Shown piece after piece: positions 6,428 to 13,894 of a DNA stretch of 13,894 bases. The notes beneath the pieces are model-generated. The model saw only the letters and a program-made list of their open reading frames with translations, ran no database searches and was not told the origin of the DNA. The DNA comes from a virus. Taxonomy: Duplodnaviria > Heunggongvirae > Uroviricota > Caudoviricetes. The DNA is taken from positions 1 through 13,894 of IMG/VR virus record IMGVR_UViG_2645728091_000007, one strand, 5' to 3'. The position numbers and the translations under genes were made by a program. The first letter of the stretch is position 1. Each line of letters starts with the position of its first letter.

Positions 6428-7204
6428 GTGAATCCGCAGATGACCCTGCGTCGCCTGCCGGATGAAGATCCGCAGAATCTGGCGGACCCGGCTTACCGCC
6501 GCCGTCGCATCATCCTGCAGAACATGCGTGACGAGGAGCTGGCCATTGCCCAGGTCGAAGAGATGCAGGCCGTTTCTGCCGTGCTTAAGGGCAAATACAC
6601 CATGACCGGTGAAGCCTTCGATCCGGTTGAGGTGGATATGGGCCGCAGTGCGGCGAATAACATCACGCAGTCCGGCGGCACGGAGTGGAGTAAGCGTGAT
6701 AAGTCCACGTATGACCCGACCGACGATATCGAAGCCTACGCGCTGAACGCCAGCGGTGTGGTGAATATCATCGTGTTTGATCCGAAAGGCTGGGCGCTGT
6801 TCCGTTCCTTCAAAGCCGTCAGGGAGAAGCTGGATACCCGTCGCGGCTCTCATTCCGAACTGGAGACAGCGGTAAAAGACCTGGGCAAAGCGGTGTCTTA
6901 TAAGGGAATGTATGGCGATGTGGCCATCGTCGTGTATTCCGGACAGTACGTGGAAAATGGTGTCAAAAAGAACTTCCTGCCGGACAACACGATGGTGCTG
7001 GGCAACACTCAGGCACGCGGTCTGCGCACCTATGGCTGCATTCAGGATGCGGACGCACAGCGCGAAGGCATTAACGCCTCTGCCCGTTACCCGAAAAACT
7101 GGGTGACCACCGGCGATCCGGCGCGTGAGTTCACCATGATTCAGTCAGCACCGCTGATGCTGCTGGCTGACCCTGATGCGTTCGTGTCCGTACAACTGGC
7201 GTAA
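6428..7204 (+). pseudogene. E: Major capsid protein gpE, 5'-truncated (C-terminal ~260 codons, lambda-like)
   Basis: Translation matches lambda gpE from about residue 82 (NPQMTLRRLPDEDPQNLADPAYRRRRI...) to the C-terminus (...FVSVQLA). In-frame upstream codons KHE are preserved but a TAA occurs at 6413-6415 and homology ends near 6410. The N-terminal ~80 codons are missing. Confidence 0.8.
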
Positions 7205-7206
7205 TC

Positions 7207-7224
7207 ATGGCCCTTCGGGGCCAT
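7207..7224 (+). other. Stem-loop ATGGCCC-TTCG-GGGCCAT after the E stop, followed by a T-rich tract
   Basis: Perfect 7-bp stem with a TTCG tetraloop; matches the E-FI intergenic hairpin of lambda as I recall it. Confidence 0.5.
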
Positions 7225-7245
7225 TTTCTCTCTGTGGAGGAGTCC

Positions 7246-7641
7246 ATGACGAAAGATGAACTGATTGCCCGTCTTCAGGTGCTGGGTGAGCAACTGAACC
7301 GTGATGTCAGCCTGACGGGGACGAAAGAAGAACTGGCGCTCCGTGTGGCAGAGCTGGAAGAGGAGCTTGATGACACGGATGACGCTGCCGGTCAGGACAC
7401 GTCTGTCAGCCCGGAAAATGCGCTGACCGGGCATGAAAATGAGGTGGTGTCAGCGCAGCCGGGTACCGTGACTGATACGGCTGATCTGGTCACGGTTGTG
7501 GCACTGGTGACGCTGCATACTGATGCACTTCACGCCACGCGGGATGAGGCTGTGGCATTTGTGCTGCCGGGAACGGCGTTCCGTGTTTCTGCCAGTGTGG
7601 CAGCCGAAATGACAGAACATGGCCTGGCCAGAATGCAATAA
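7246..7641 (+). CDS. FI: DNA packaging / head assembly protein FI
   Basis: MTKDELIARLQ...GLARMQ matches lambda gpFI. GGAGGA Shine-Dalgarno at 7236-7241. The ORF-track start at 7207 is an upstream in-frame extension. Confidence 0.85.
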   Translation: MTKDELIARLQVLGEQLNRDVSLTGTKEELALRVAELEEELDDTDDAAGQDTSVSPENALTGHENEVVSAQPGTVTDTADLVTVVALVTLHTDALHATRDEAVAFVLPGTAFRVSASVAAEMTEHGLARMQ

Positions 7642-7652
7642 CGGGAGGCGCT

Positions 7653-8006
7653 GTGGCTGATTTCGATAACCTGTTCGATGCTGCCATTGCCCGCGCCGAT
7701 GAAACGATACGCGGGTACATGGGAACGTCAGCCACCATGACATCCGGTGAGCAGTCCGGCGCAGTAATACGTGGTGTTTTTGATGACCCTGAAAATATCA
7801 GCTATGCCGGACAGGGCGTGCGTGTTGAAGGCTCCAGCCCGTCCCTGTTTGTCCGGACTGATGATGTGCGGCAGCTGCGGCGCGGCGACACGCTGACCAT
7901 CGGTGAGGAAAACTTCTGGATAGACCGGATTTCACCGGATGATGGCGGAAGCTGTCATCTCTGGCTTGGGCGTGGCGTACCGCCTGCCGTTAACCGTCGC
8001 CGCTGA
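7653..8006 (+). CDS. FII: Head-tail joining protein FII
   Basis: GTG start with GGGAGG Shine-Dalgarno; MADFDNLFDAAIARADETIRGYMG... matches lambda gpFII (117 aa). Confidence 0.9.
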   Translation: MADFDNLFDAAIARADETIRGYMGTSATMTSGEQSGAVIRGVFDDPENISYAGQGVRVEGSSPSLFVRTDDVRQLRRGDTLTIGEENFWIDRISPDDGGSCHLWLGRGVPPAVNRRR

Positions 8007-8017
8007 AAGGGGGATGT

Positions 8018-8596
8018 ATGGCCATAAAAGGTCTTGAGCAGGCCGTTGAAAACCTCAGCCGTATCAGCAAAACGGCAGTGCCCGGTGCCGCCGCAATGGC
8101 CATTAACCGCGTGGCCACAACCGCAATAAAGCAGTCGGCGTCACAGGTTGCCCGTGAGACAAAGGTACGCCGGAAACTGGTAAAGGAAAGGGCCAGGCTG
8201 AAAAGGGCCACGGTCAAAAATCCGCAGGCCAGAATCAAGGTTAACCGGGGGGATTTGCCCGTAATCAAGCTGGGGAATGCGCGGGTTGTCCTGTCCCGCC
8301 GCAGGCGTCGTAAAAAGGGGCAGCGTTCATCCCTGAAAGGTGGCGGCAGCGTGCTTGTGGTGGGAAACCGTCGTATTCCCGGCGCGTTTATTCAGCAACT
8401 GAAAAATGGCCGGTGGCATGTCATGCAGCGTGTGGCCGGGAAAAACCGTTACCCCATTGATGTGGTGAAAATCCCGATGGCGGTGCCGCTGACCACGGCG
8501 TTTAAACAGAATATTGAACAGATACGGCGTGAACGTTTGCCGAAAGAACTGGAATACGCCCTGAAACAACAACTGAGGATTGCGATAAAGCGATGA
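8018..8596 (+). CDS. Z: Tail completion protein Z
   Basis: 192 aa, MAIKGLEQAVENLSRISKTAVPGAAAMAINRVA... matches lambda gpZ. AAGGGGGAT Shine-Dalgarno. Confidence 0.9.
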   Translation: MAIKGLEQAVENLSRISKTAVPGAAAMAINRVATTAIKQSASQVARETKVRRKLVKERARLKRATVKNPQARIKVNRGDLPVIKLGNARVVLSRRRRRKKGQRSSLKGGGSVLVVGNRRIPGAFIQQLKNGRWHVMQRVAGKNRYPIDVVKIPMAVPLTTAFKQNIEQIRRERLPKELEYALKQQLRIAIKR

Positions 8597-8988
8597 AACA
8601 TACTGAACTCCGTGCAGCCGTACTGGATGCACTGGAGAAGCATGACACCGGGGCGACGCTTTTTGATGGTCGCCCCGCTGTTTTTGATGAGGCGGATTTT
8701 CCGGCAGTTGCCGTTTATCTCACCGGCGCTGAATACACGGGCGAAGAGCTGGACAGCGATACCTGGCAGGCGGAGCTGCATATCGAAGTTTTCCTGCCTG
8801 CTCAGGTGCCGGATTCAGAGCTGGATTCGTGGATGGAGTCCCGGATTTATCCGGTGATGAGCGATATCCCGGCACTGTCAGATTTGATCACCAGTATGGT
8901 GGCCAGCGGCTATGACTACCGGCGCGACGATGATGCGGGCCTGTGGAGTTCAGCCGATCTGACTTATGTCATTACCTATGAAATGTGA
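8593..8988 (+). CDS. U: Tail terminator protein U
   Basis: 131 aa, [22 protein letters not shown]... matches lambda gpU. ATGA overlap with the Z stop. Confidence 0.9.
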   Translation: MKHTELRAAVLDALEKHDTGATLFDGRPAVFDEADFPAVAVYLTGAEYTGEELDSDTWQAELHIEVFLPAQVPDSELDSWMESRIYPVMSDIPALSDLITSMVASGYDYRRDDDAGLWSSADLTYVITYEM

Positions 8989-8995
8989 GGACGCT

Positions 8996-9736
8996 ATGCC
9001 TGTACCAAATCCTGTAATGCCGGTGAAAGGTGCCGGGACCACCCTGTGGGTTTATAAGGGGAGCGGTGACCCTTATGCGAACCCGCTTTCAGACGTTGAC
9101 TGGTCGCGTCTGGCAAAAGTTAAAGACCTGACGCCCGGCGAACTGACCGCTGAGTCCTATGACGACAGCTATCTCGATGATAAAGATGCAGACTGGACTG
9201 CGACCGGGCAGGGGCAGAAATCTGCCGGAGATACCAGCTTCACGCTGGCGTGGATGCCCGGAGAGCAGGGGCAGCAGGCGCTGCTGGCGTGGTTTAATGA
9301 AGGTGATACCCGTGCCTATAAAATCCGCTTCCCGAACGGCACGGTCGATGTGTTCCGTGGCTGGGTCAGCAGTATCGGTAAGGCGGTGACGGCGAAGGAA
9401 GTGATCACCCGCACGGTGAAAGTCACCAATGTGGGACGTCCGTCGATGGCAGAAGATCGCAGCACGGTAACAGCGGCCACCGGCATGACGGTAACGCCAG
9501 CCAGTGCTTCCGTAGTGAAAGGGCAGAGCACTACGCTGACCGTGGCATTCCAGCCGGAGGGCGTAACCGACAAGAGCTTTCGTGCGGTGTCTGCGGATAA
9601 AACAAAAGCCACCGTGTCGGTCAGTGGTATGACCATCACCGTGAACGGCGTTGCTGCAGGCAAGGTCAACATTCCGGTTGTATCCGGTAATGGTGAGTTT
9701 GCTGCGGTTGCAGAAATTACCGTCACCGCCAGTTAA
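8996..9736 (+). CDS. V: Major tail protein V
   Basis: [36 protein letters not shown]... matches lambda gpV (246 aa), including the C-terminal Ig-like region. GAGGA Shine-Dalgarno; the ORF-track start at 8966 is an upstream extension overlapping U. Confidence 0.9.
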   Translation: MPVPNPVMPVKGAGTTLWVYKGSGDPYANPLSDVDWSRLAKVKDLTPGELTAESYDDSYLDDKDADWTATGQGQKSAGDTSFTLAWMPGEQGQQALLAWFNEGDTRAYKIRFPNGTVDVFRGWVSSIGKAVTAKEVITRTVKVTNVGRPSMAEDRSTVTAATGMTVTPASASVVKGQSTTLTVAFQPEGVTDKSFRAVSADKTKATVSVSGMTITVNGVAAGKVNIPVVSGNGEFAAVAEITVTAS

Positions 9737-9751
9737 TCCGGAGAGTCAGCG

Positions 9752-10174
9752 ATGTTCCTGAAAACCGAATCATTTGAACATAACGGTGTGACCGTCACGC
9801 TTTCTGAACTGTCAGCCCTGCAGCGTATTGAGCATCTTGCCTGGTTGAAAGAGCAGGAAAAAAAGGCTGAATCCAGTGGCAACCTGCAGGTGTCTGTAGA
9901 GGATCTTATCAGAGGCGGGGCGTTTCTGGTGGCGATGTCTCTGTGGCATAACCATCCGCAGAAGACAAAGCTGCCGTCCATGAATGAAGCCATTACGCAG
10001 ATTGAGCAGGAAGTGCTTACCACCTGGCCCACGGAGGCAATTGCTCAGGCTGAAAACGTGGTGTTACGTCTGTCCGGAATGTCTGAGTTTGTGGTGAATA
10101 ATGCCCCTGAACAGGCAGAGGACGCCGGGCCTGCAGAGCCTGTTTCTGCGGGAAAGTGTTCGACGGTGAGCTGA
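9752..10174 (+). CDS. G: Tail assembly chaperone G
   Basis: 140 aa, MFLKTESFEHNGVTVTLSELSALQRIEHLA... ending ...PVSAGKCSTVS as in lambda gpG. Middle region differs from lambda at several residues. Confidence 0.9.
   Translation: MFLKTESFEHNGVTVTLSELSALQRIEHLAWLKEQEKKAESSGNLQVSVEDLIRGGAFLVAMSLWHNHPQKTKLPSMNEAITQIEQEVLTTWPTEAIAQAENVVLRLSGMSEFVVNNAPEQAEDAGPAEPVSAGKCSTVS
10150..10156 (+). promoter_or_regulatory. Programmed -1 ribosomal frameshift slippery heptamer G GGA AAG (G into T frame)
   Basis: Heptamer GGGAAAG lies in the G zero frame as G-GGA-AAG near the 3' end of G. The T frame (10156-10590) is -1 relative to G and has no start codon of its own with an RBS. Confidence 0.85.
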
Positions 10175-10590
10175 GTTTTGCCCTGAAACTGGCGCGCGAG
10201 ATGGGGCGACCCGACTGGCGCGCCATGCTTGCCGGGATGTCATCCACGGAGTATGCCGACTGGCACCGCTTTTACAGTACCCATTATTTTCATGATGTTC
10301 TGCTGGATATGCACTTTTCCGGGCTGACGTACACCGTGCTCAGCCTGTTTTTCAGCGATCCGGATATGCATCCGCTGGATTTCAGTCTGCTGAACCGGCG
10401 TGAGGCTGACGAAGAGCCTGAAGATGATGTGCTGATGCAGAAAGCGGCAGGGCTTGCCGGAGGTGTCCGCTTTGGCCCGGACGGGAATGAAGTTATCCCC
10501 GCTTCCCCGGATGTGGCGGACATGACGGAGGATGACGTAATGCTGATGACAGTATCAGAAGGGATCGCAGGAGGAGTCCGGTATGGCTGA
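10156..10590 (+). CDS. T: Tail assembly protein T segment, expressed as a G-T fusion by -1 frameshifting (fusion would span 9752-10590)
   Basis: Translation FDGELSFALKLAREMGRPDWRAMLAGMSSTEYADWHRFYSTHYFHD... matches lambda gpT; frame is -1 relative to G. Confidence 0.85.
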   Translation: MFDGELSFALKLAREMGRPDWRAMLAGMSSTEYADWHRFYSTHYFHDVLLDMHFSGLTYTVLSLFFSDPDMHPLDFSLLNRREADEEPEDDVLMQKAAGLAGGVRFGPDGNEVIPASPDVADMTEDDVMLMTVSEGIAGGVRYG

Positions 10591-13144
10591 ACCGGTAGGC
10601 GATCTGGTCGTTGATTTGAGTCTGGATGCGGCCAGATTTGACGAGCAGATGGCCAGAGTCAGGCGTCATTTTTCCGGTACGGAAAGTGATGCGAAAAAAA
10701 CAGCGGCAGTCGTTGAACAGTCAATGAACCGGCAGGCGCTGGCTGCACAGAAAGCGGGGATTTCCGTCGGGCAGTATAAAGCCGCCATGCGTATGCTGCC
10801 TGCACAGTTCACCGACGTGGCCACGCAGCTTGCAGGCGGGCAAAGTCCGTGGCTGATCCTGCTGCAACAGGGGGGTCAGGTTAAGGACTCCTTCGGCGGG
10901 ATGATCCCCATGTTCAGGGGGCTTGCCGGTGCGATCACCCTGCCGATGGTGGGGGCCACCTCGCTGGCGGTGGCGACCGGTGCGCTGGCGTATGCCTGGT
11001 ATCAGGGCAACTCAACCCTGTCCGATTTCAACAAAACGCTGGTCCTTTCCGGCAATCAGGCGGGACTGACGGCAGATCGTATGCTGGTCCTGTCCAGAGC
11101 CGGGCAGGCGGCAGGGCTGACGTTTAACCAGACCAGCGAGTCACTCAGCGCACTGGTTAAGGCGGGGGTAAGCGGTGAGGCTCAGATTGCGTCCATCAGC
11201 CAGAGTGTGGCGCGTTTCTCCTCTGCATCCGGCGTGGAGGTGGACAAGGTCGCTGAAGCCTTCGGGAAGCTGACCACAGACCCGACGTCGGGGCTGACGG
11301 CGATGGCACGCCAGTTCCATAACGTGACGGCGGAGCAGATTGCGTATGTTGCTCAGTTGCAGCGTTCCGGCGATGAAGCCGGGGCATTGCAGGCGGCGAA
11401 CGAGGCCGCAACGAAAGGGTTTGATGACCAGACCCGCCGCCTGAAAGAGAACATGGGCACGCTGGAGACCTGGGCAGACAGGACTGCGCGGGCATTCAAA
11501 TCCATGTGGGATGCGGTGCTGGATATTGGTCGTCCTGATACCGCGCAGGAGATGCTGATTAAGGCAGAGGCTGCGTTTAAGAAAGCAGACGACATCTGGA
11601 ATCTGCGCAAGGATGATTATTTTGTTAACGATGAAGCGCGGGCGCGTTACTGGGATGATCGTGAAAAGGCCCGTCTTGCGCTTGAAGCCGCCCGAAAGAA
11701 GGCTGAGCAGCAGACTCAACAGGACAAAAATGCGCAGCAGCAGAGCGATACCGAAGCGTCACGGCTGAAATATACCGAAGAGGCGCAGAAGGCTTACGAA
11801 CGGCTGCAGACGCCGCTGGAGAAATATACCGCCCGTCAGGAAGAACTGAACAAGGCACTGAAAGACGGGAAAATCCTGCAGGCGGATTACAACACGCTGA
11901 TGGCGGCGGCGAAAAAGGATTATGAAGCGACGCTGAAAAAGCCGAAACAGTCCGGCGTGAAGGTGTCTGCGGGCGATCGTCAGGAAGACAGTGCTCATGC
12001 TGCCCTGCTGACGCTTCAGGCAGAACTCCGGACGCTGGAGAAGCATGCCGGAGCAAATGAGAAAATCAGCCAGCAGCGCCGGGATTTGTGGAAGGCGGAG
12101 AGTCAGTTCGCGGTACTGGAGGAGGCGGCGCAACGTCGCCAGCTGTCTGCACAGGAGAAATCCCTGCTGGCGCATAAAGATGAGACGCTGGAGTACAAAC
12201 GCCAGCTGGCTGCACTTGGCGACAAGGTTACGTATCAGGAGCGCCTGAACGCGCTGGCGCAGCAGGCGGATAAATTCGCACAGCAGCAACGGGCAAAACG
12301 GGCCGCCATTGATGCGAAAAGCCGGGGGCTGACTGACCGGCAGGCAGAACGGGAAGCCACGGAACAGCGCCTGAAGGAACAGTATGGCGATAATCCGCTG
12401 GCGCTGAATAACGTCATGTCAGAGCAGAAAAAGACCTGGGCGGCTGAAGACCAGCTTCGCGGGAACTGGATGGCAGGCCTGAAGTCCGGCTGGAGTGAGT
12501 GGGAAGAGAGCGCCACGGACAGTATGTCGCAGGTAAAAAGTGCTGCCACGCAGACCTTTGATGGTATTGCACAGAATATGGCGGCGATGCTGACCGGCAG
12601 TGAGCAGAACTGGCGCAGCTTCACCCGTTCCGTGCTGTCCATGATGACAGAAATTCTGCTTAAGCAGGCAATGGTGGGGATTGTCGGGAGTATCGGCAGC
12701 GCCATTGGCGGGGCTGTTGGTGGCGGCGCATCCGCGTCAGGCGGTACAGCCATTCAGGCCGCTGCGGCGAAATTCCATTTTGCAACCGGAGGATTTACGG
12801 GAACCGGCGGCAAATATGAGCCAGCGGGGATTGTTCACCGTGGTGAGTTTGTCTTCACGAAGGAGGCAACCAGCCGGATTGGCGTGGGGAATCTTTACCG
12901 GCTGATGCGCGGCTATGCCACCGGCGGTTATGTCGGTACACCGGGCAGCATGGCAGACAGCCGGTCGCAGGCGTCCGGGACGTTTGAGCAGAATAACCAT
13001 GTGGTGATTAACAACGACGGCACGAACGGGCAGATAGGTCCGGCTGCTCTGAAGGCGGTGTATGACATGGCCCGCAAGGGTGCCCGTGATGAAATTCAGA
13101 CACAGATGCGTGATGGTGGCCTGTTCTCCGGAGGTGGACGATGA
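10583..13144 (+). CDS. H: Tail tape measure protein H
   Basis: 853 aa, MAEPVGDLVVDLSLDAARFDEQMARVRRHF... matches lambda gpH in length and sequence. AGGAGGA Shine-Dalgarno. Confidence 0.95.
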   Translation: MAEPVGDLVVDLSLDAARFDEQMARVRRHFSGTESDAKKTAAVVEQSMNRQALAAQKAGISVGQYKAAMRMLPAQFTDVATQLAGGQSPWLILLQQGGQVKDSFGGMIPMFRGLAGAITLPMVGATSLAVATGALAYAWYQGNSTLSDFNKTLVLSGNQAGLTADRMLVLSRAGQAAGLTFNQTSESLSALVKAGVSGEAQIASISQSVARFSSASGVEVDKVAEAFGKLTTDPTSGLTAMARQFHNVTAEQIAYVAQLQRSGDEAGALQAANEAATKGFDDQTRRLKENMGTLETWADRTARAFKSMWDAVLDIGRPDTAQEMLIKAEAAFKKADDIWNLRKDDYFVNDEARARYWDDREKARLALEAARKKAEQQTQQDKNAQQQSDTEASRLKYTEEAQKAYERLQTPLEKYTARQEELNKALKDGKILQADYNTLMAAAKKDYEATLKKPKQSGVKVSAGDRQEDSAHAALLTLQAELRTLEKHAGANEKISQQRRDLWKAESQFAVLEEAAQRRQLSAQEKSLLAHKDETLEYKRQLAALGDKVTYQERLNALAQQADKFAQQQRAKRAAIDAKSRGLTDRQAEREATEQRLKEQYGDNPLALNNVMSEQKKTWAAEDQLRGNWMAGLKSGWSEWEESATDSMSQVKSAATQTFDGIAQNMAAMLTGSEQNWRSFTRSVLSMMTEILLKQAMVGIVGSIGSAIGGAVGGGASASGGTAIQAAAAKFHFATGGFTGTGGKYEPAGIVHRGEFVFTKEATSRIGVGNLYRLMRGYATGGYVGTPGSMADSRSQASGTFEQNNHVVINNDGTNGQIGPAALKAVYDMARKGARDEIQTQMRDGGLFSGGGR

Positions 13145-13470
13145 AGACCTTCCGCTGGAAAGTGAAACCCGGTATGGATGTGGCTTCGGTCCCTTCTGTA
13201 AGAAAGGTGCGCTTTGGTGATGGCTATTCTCAGCGAGCGCCTGCCGGGCTGAATGCCAACCTGAAAACGTACAGCGTGACGCTTTCTGTCCCCCGTGAGG
13301 AGGCCACGGTACTGGAGTCGTTTCTGGAAGAGCACGGGGGCTGGAAAGCCTTTCTGTGGACGCCGCCTTATGAGTGGCGGCAGATAAAGGTGACCTGCGC
13401 AAAATGGTCGTCGCGGGTCAGTATGTTGCGTGTTGAGTTCAGCGCAGAGTTTGAACAGGTGGTGAACTGA
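13141..13470 (+). CDS. M: Tail tip assembly protein M
   Basis: 109 aa, MKTFRWKVKPGMDVASVPSVRKVRFGDGYSQRAPAGLNANLK... matches lambda gpM. ATGA overlap with the H stop. Confidence 0.9.
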   Translation: MKTFRWKVKPGMDVASVPSVRKVRFGDGYSQRAPAGLNANLKTYSVTLSVPREEATVLESFLEEHGGWKAFLWTPPYEWRQIKVTCAKWSSRVSMLRVEFSAEFEQVVN

Positions 13471-13894
13471 TGCAGGATATCCGGCAGGAAACACTGAATG
13501 AATGCACCCGTGCGGAGCAGTCTGCCAGCGTGGTGCTCTGGGAAATCGACCTGACAGAGGTCGGTGGAGAACGTTATTTTTTCTGTAATGAGCAGAACGA
13601 AAAAGGTGAGCCGGTCACCTGGCAGGGGCGACAGTATCAGCCGTATCCCATTCAGGGGAGCGGTTTTGAACTGAATGGCAAAGGCACCAGTACGCGCCCC
13701 ACGCTGACGGTTTCTAACCTGTACGGTATGGTCACCGGGATGGCGGAAGATCTGCAGAGTCTGGTCGGCGGAACGGTGGTCCGGCGTAAGGTTTACGCCC
13801 GTTTTCTGGATGCGGTGAACTTCGTCAACGGAAACAGTTACGCCGATCCGGAGCAGGAGGTGATCAGCCGCTGGCGCATTGAGCAGTGCAGCGA
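13470..13894 (+). CDS. L: Tail tip protein L (3'-partial; runs off the window end)
   Basis: ATG at 13470 overlaps the M stop by 1 nt. Translation MQDIRQETLNECTRAEQSASVVLWEIDLTEVGGERYFFCNEQNEKGEP... matches the lambda gpL N-terminus. Not in the ORF track because no stop is reached. Confidence 0.9.
   Translation, partial: MQDIRQETLNECTRAEQSASVVLWEIDLTEVGGERYFFCNEQNEKGEPVTWQGRQYQPYPIQGSGFELNGKGTSTRPTLTVSNLYGMVTGMAEDLQSLVGGTVVRRKVYARFLDAVNFVNGNSYADPEQEVISRWRIEQCS

Noticed and set aside
7207-7224. Hairpin after the E stop as a novel terminator
   Set aside because: It matches the E-FI intergenic stem-loop present in lambda as I recall it, so it is expected phage sequence, not a new element. Recorded as a feature only.
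8612-9389. Alternative-frame ORFs 8612-8857 and 9159-9389 inside U and V
   Set aside because: They overlap genes with clear lambda homology in another frame; arginine-rich translations typical of off-frame reading.
11141-12753. Several long minus-strand ORFs (for example 11141-11719, 11759-12289, 12235-12753) inside the tape measure gene
   Set aside because: They are antisense to a full-length gpH gene with strong lambda homology, and their translations are low-complexity with no recognisable family. Long antisense ORFs are a common by-product of GC-rich coding sequence.
1-13894. tRNA, rRNA or tmRNA genes, for example a tRNA integration target near the element boundary
   Set aside because: I found no cloverleaf-compatible segment with a T-loop (GTTCGAATC-like) or CCA-end context by eye; a tRNAscan run would be needed to be certain.

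Overview
The window looks like a junction between two phage-derived modules. Left (~1-6420): a satellite/PICI-like or mosaic element with a P4-family primase-helicase C-terminal portion, an 8-bp iteron array (putative ori), an SSB with the DDIPF tail, a divergent lambda gpE-family major capsid gene followed by a gpD-family decoration gene (E-then-D, the reverse of lambda), an AlpA-family HTH protein, a lambda-type cos site with an altered cosN 3' half, a Nu1-like small terminase with no large terminase gene after it, and an AT-rich cargo islet carrying a minus-strand Abi/HEPN-motif gene. Right (~6416-13894): lambda-like morphogenetic genes that match lambda gpE (5'-truncated), FI, FII, Z, U, V, G/T (with the G GGA AAG -1 frameshift site), H, M and the start of L. 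The first ~96 bp contain a Tn5/IS50-like end sequence and a palindrome that may be an insertion or an assembly artefact. All calls rest on reading the sequence and recalling protein families; no searches were run, so identities are qualitative.
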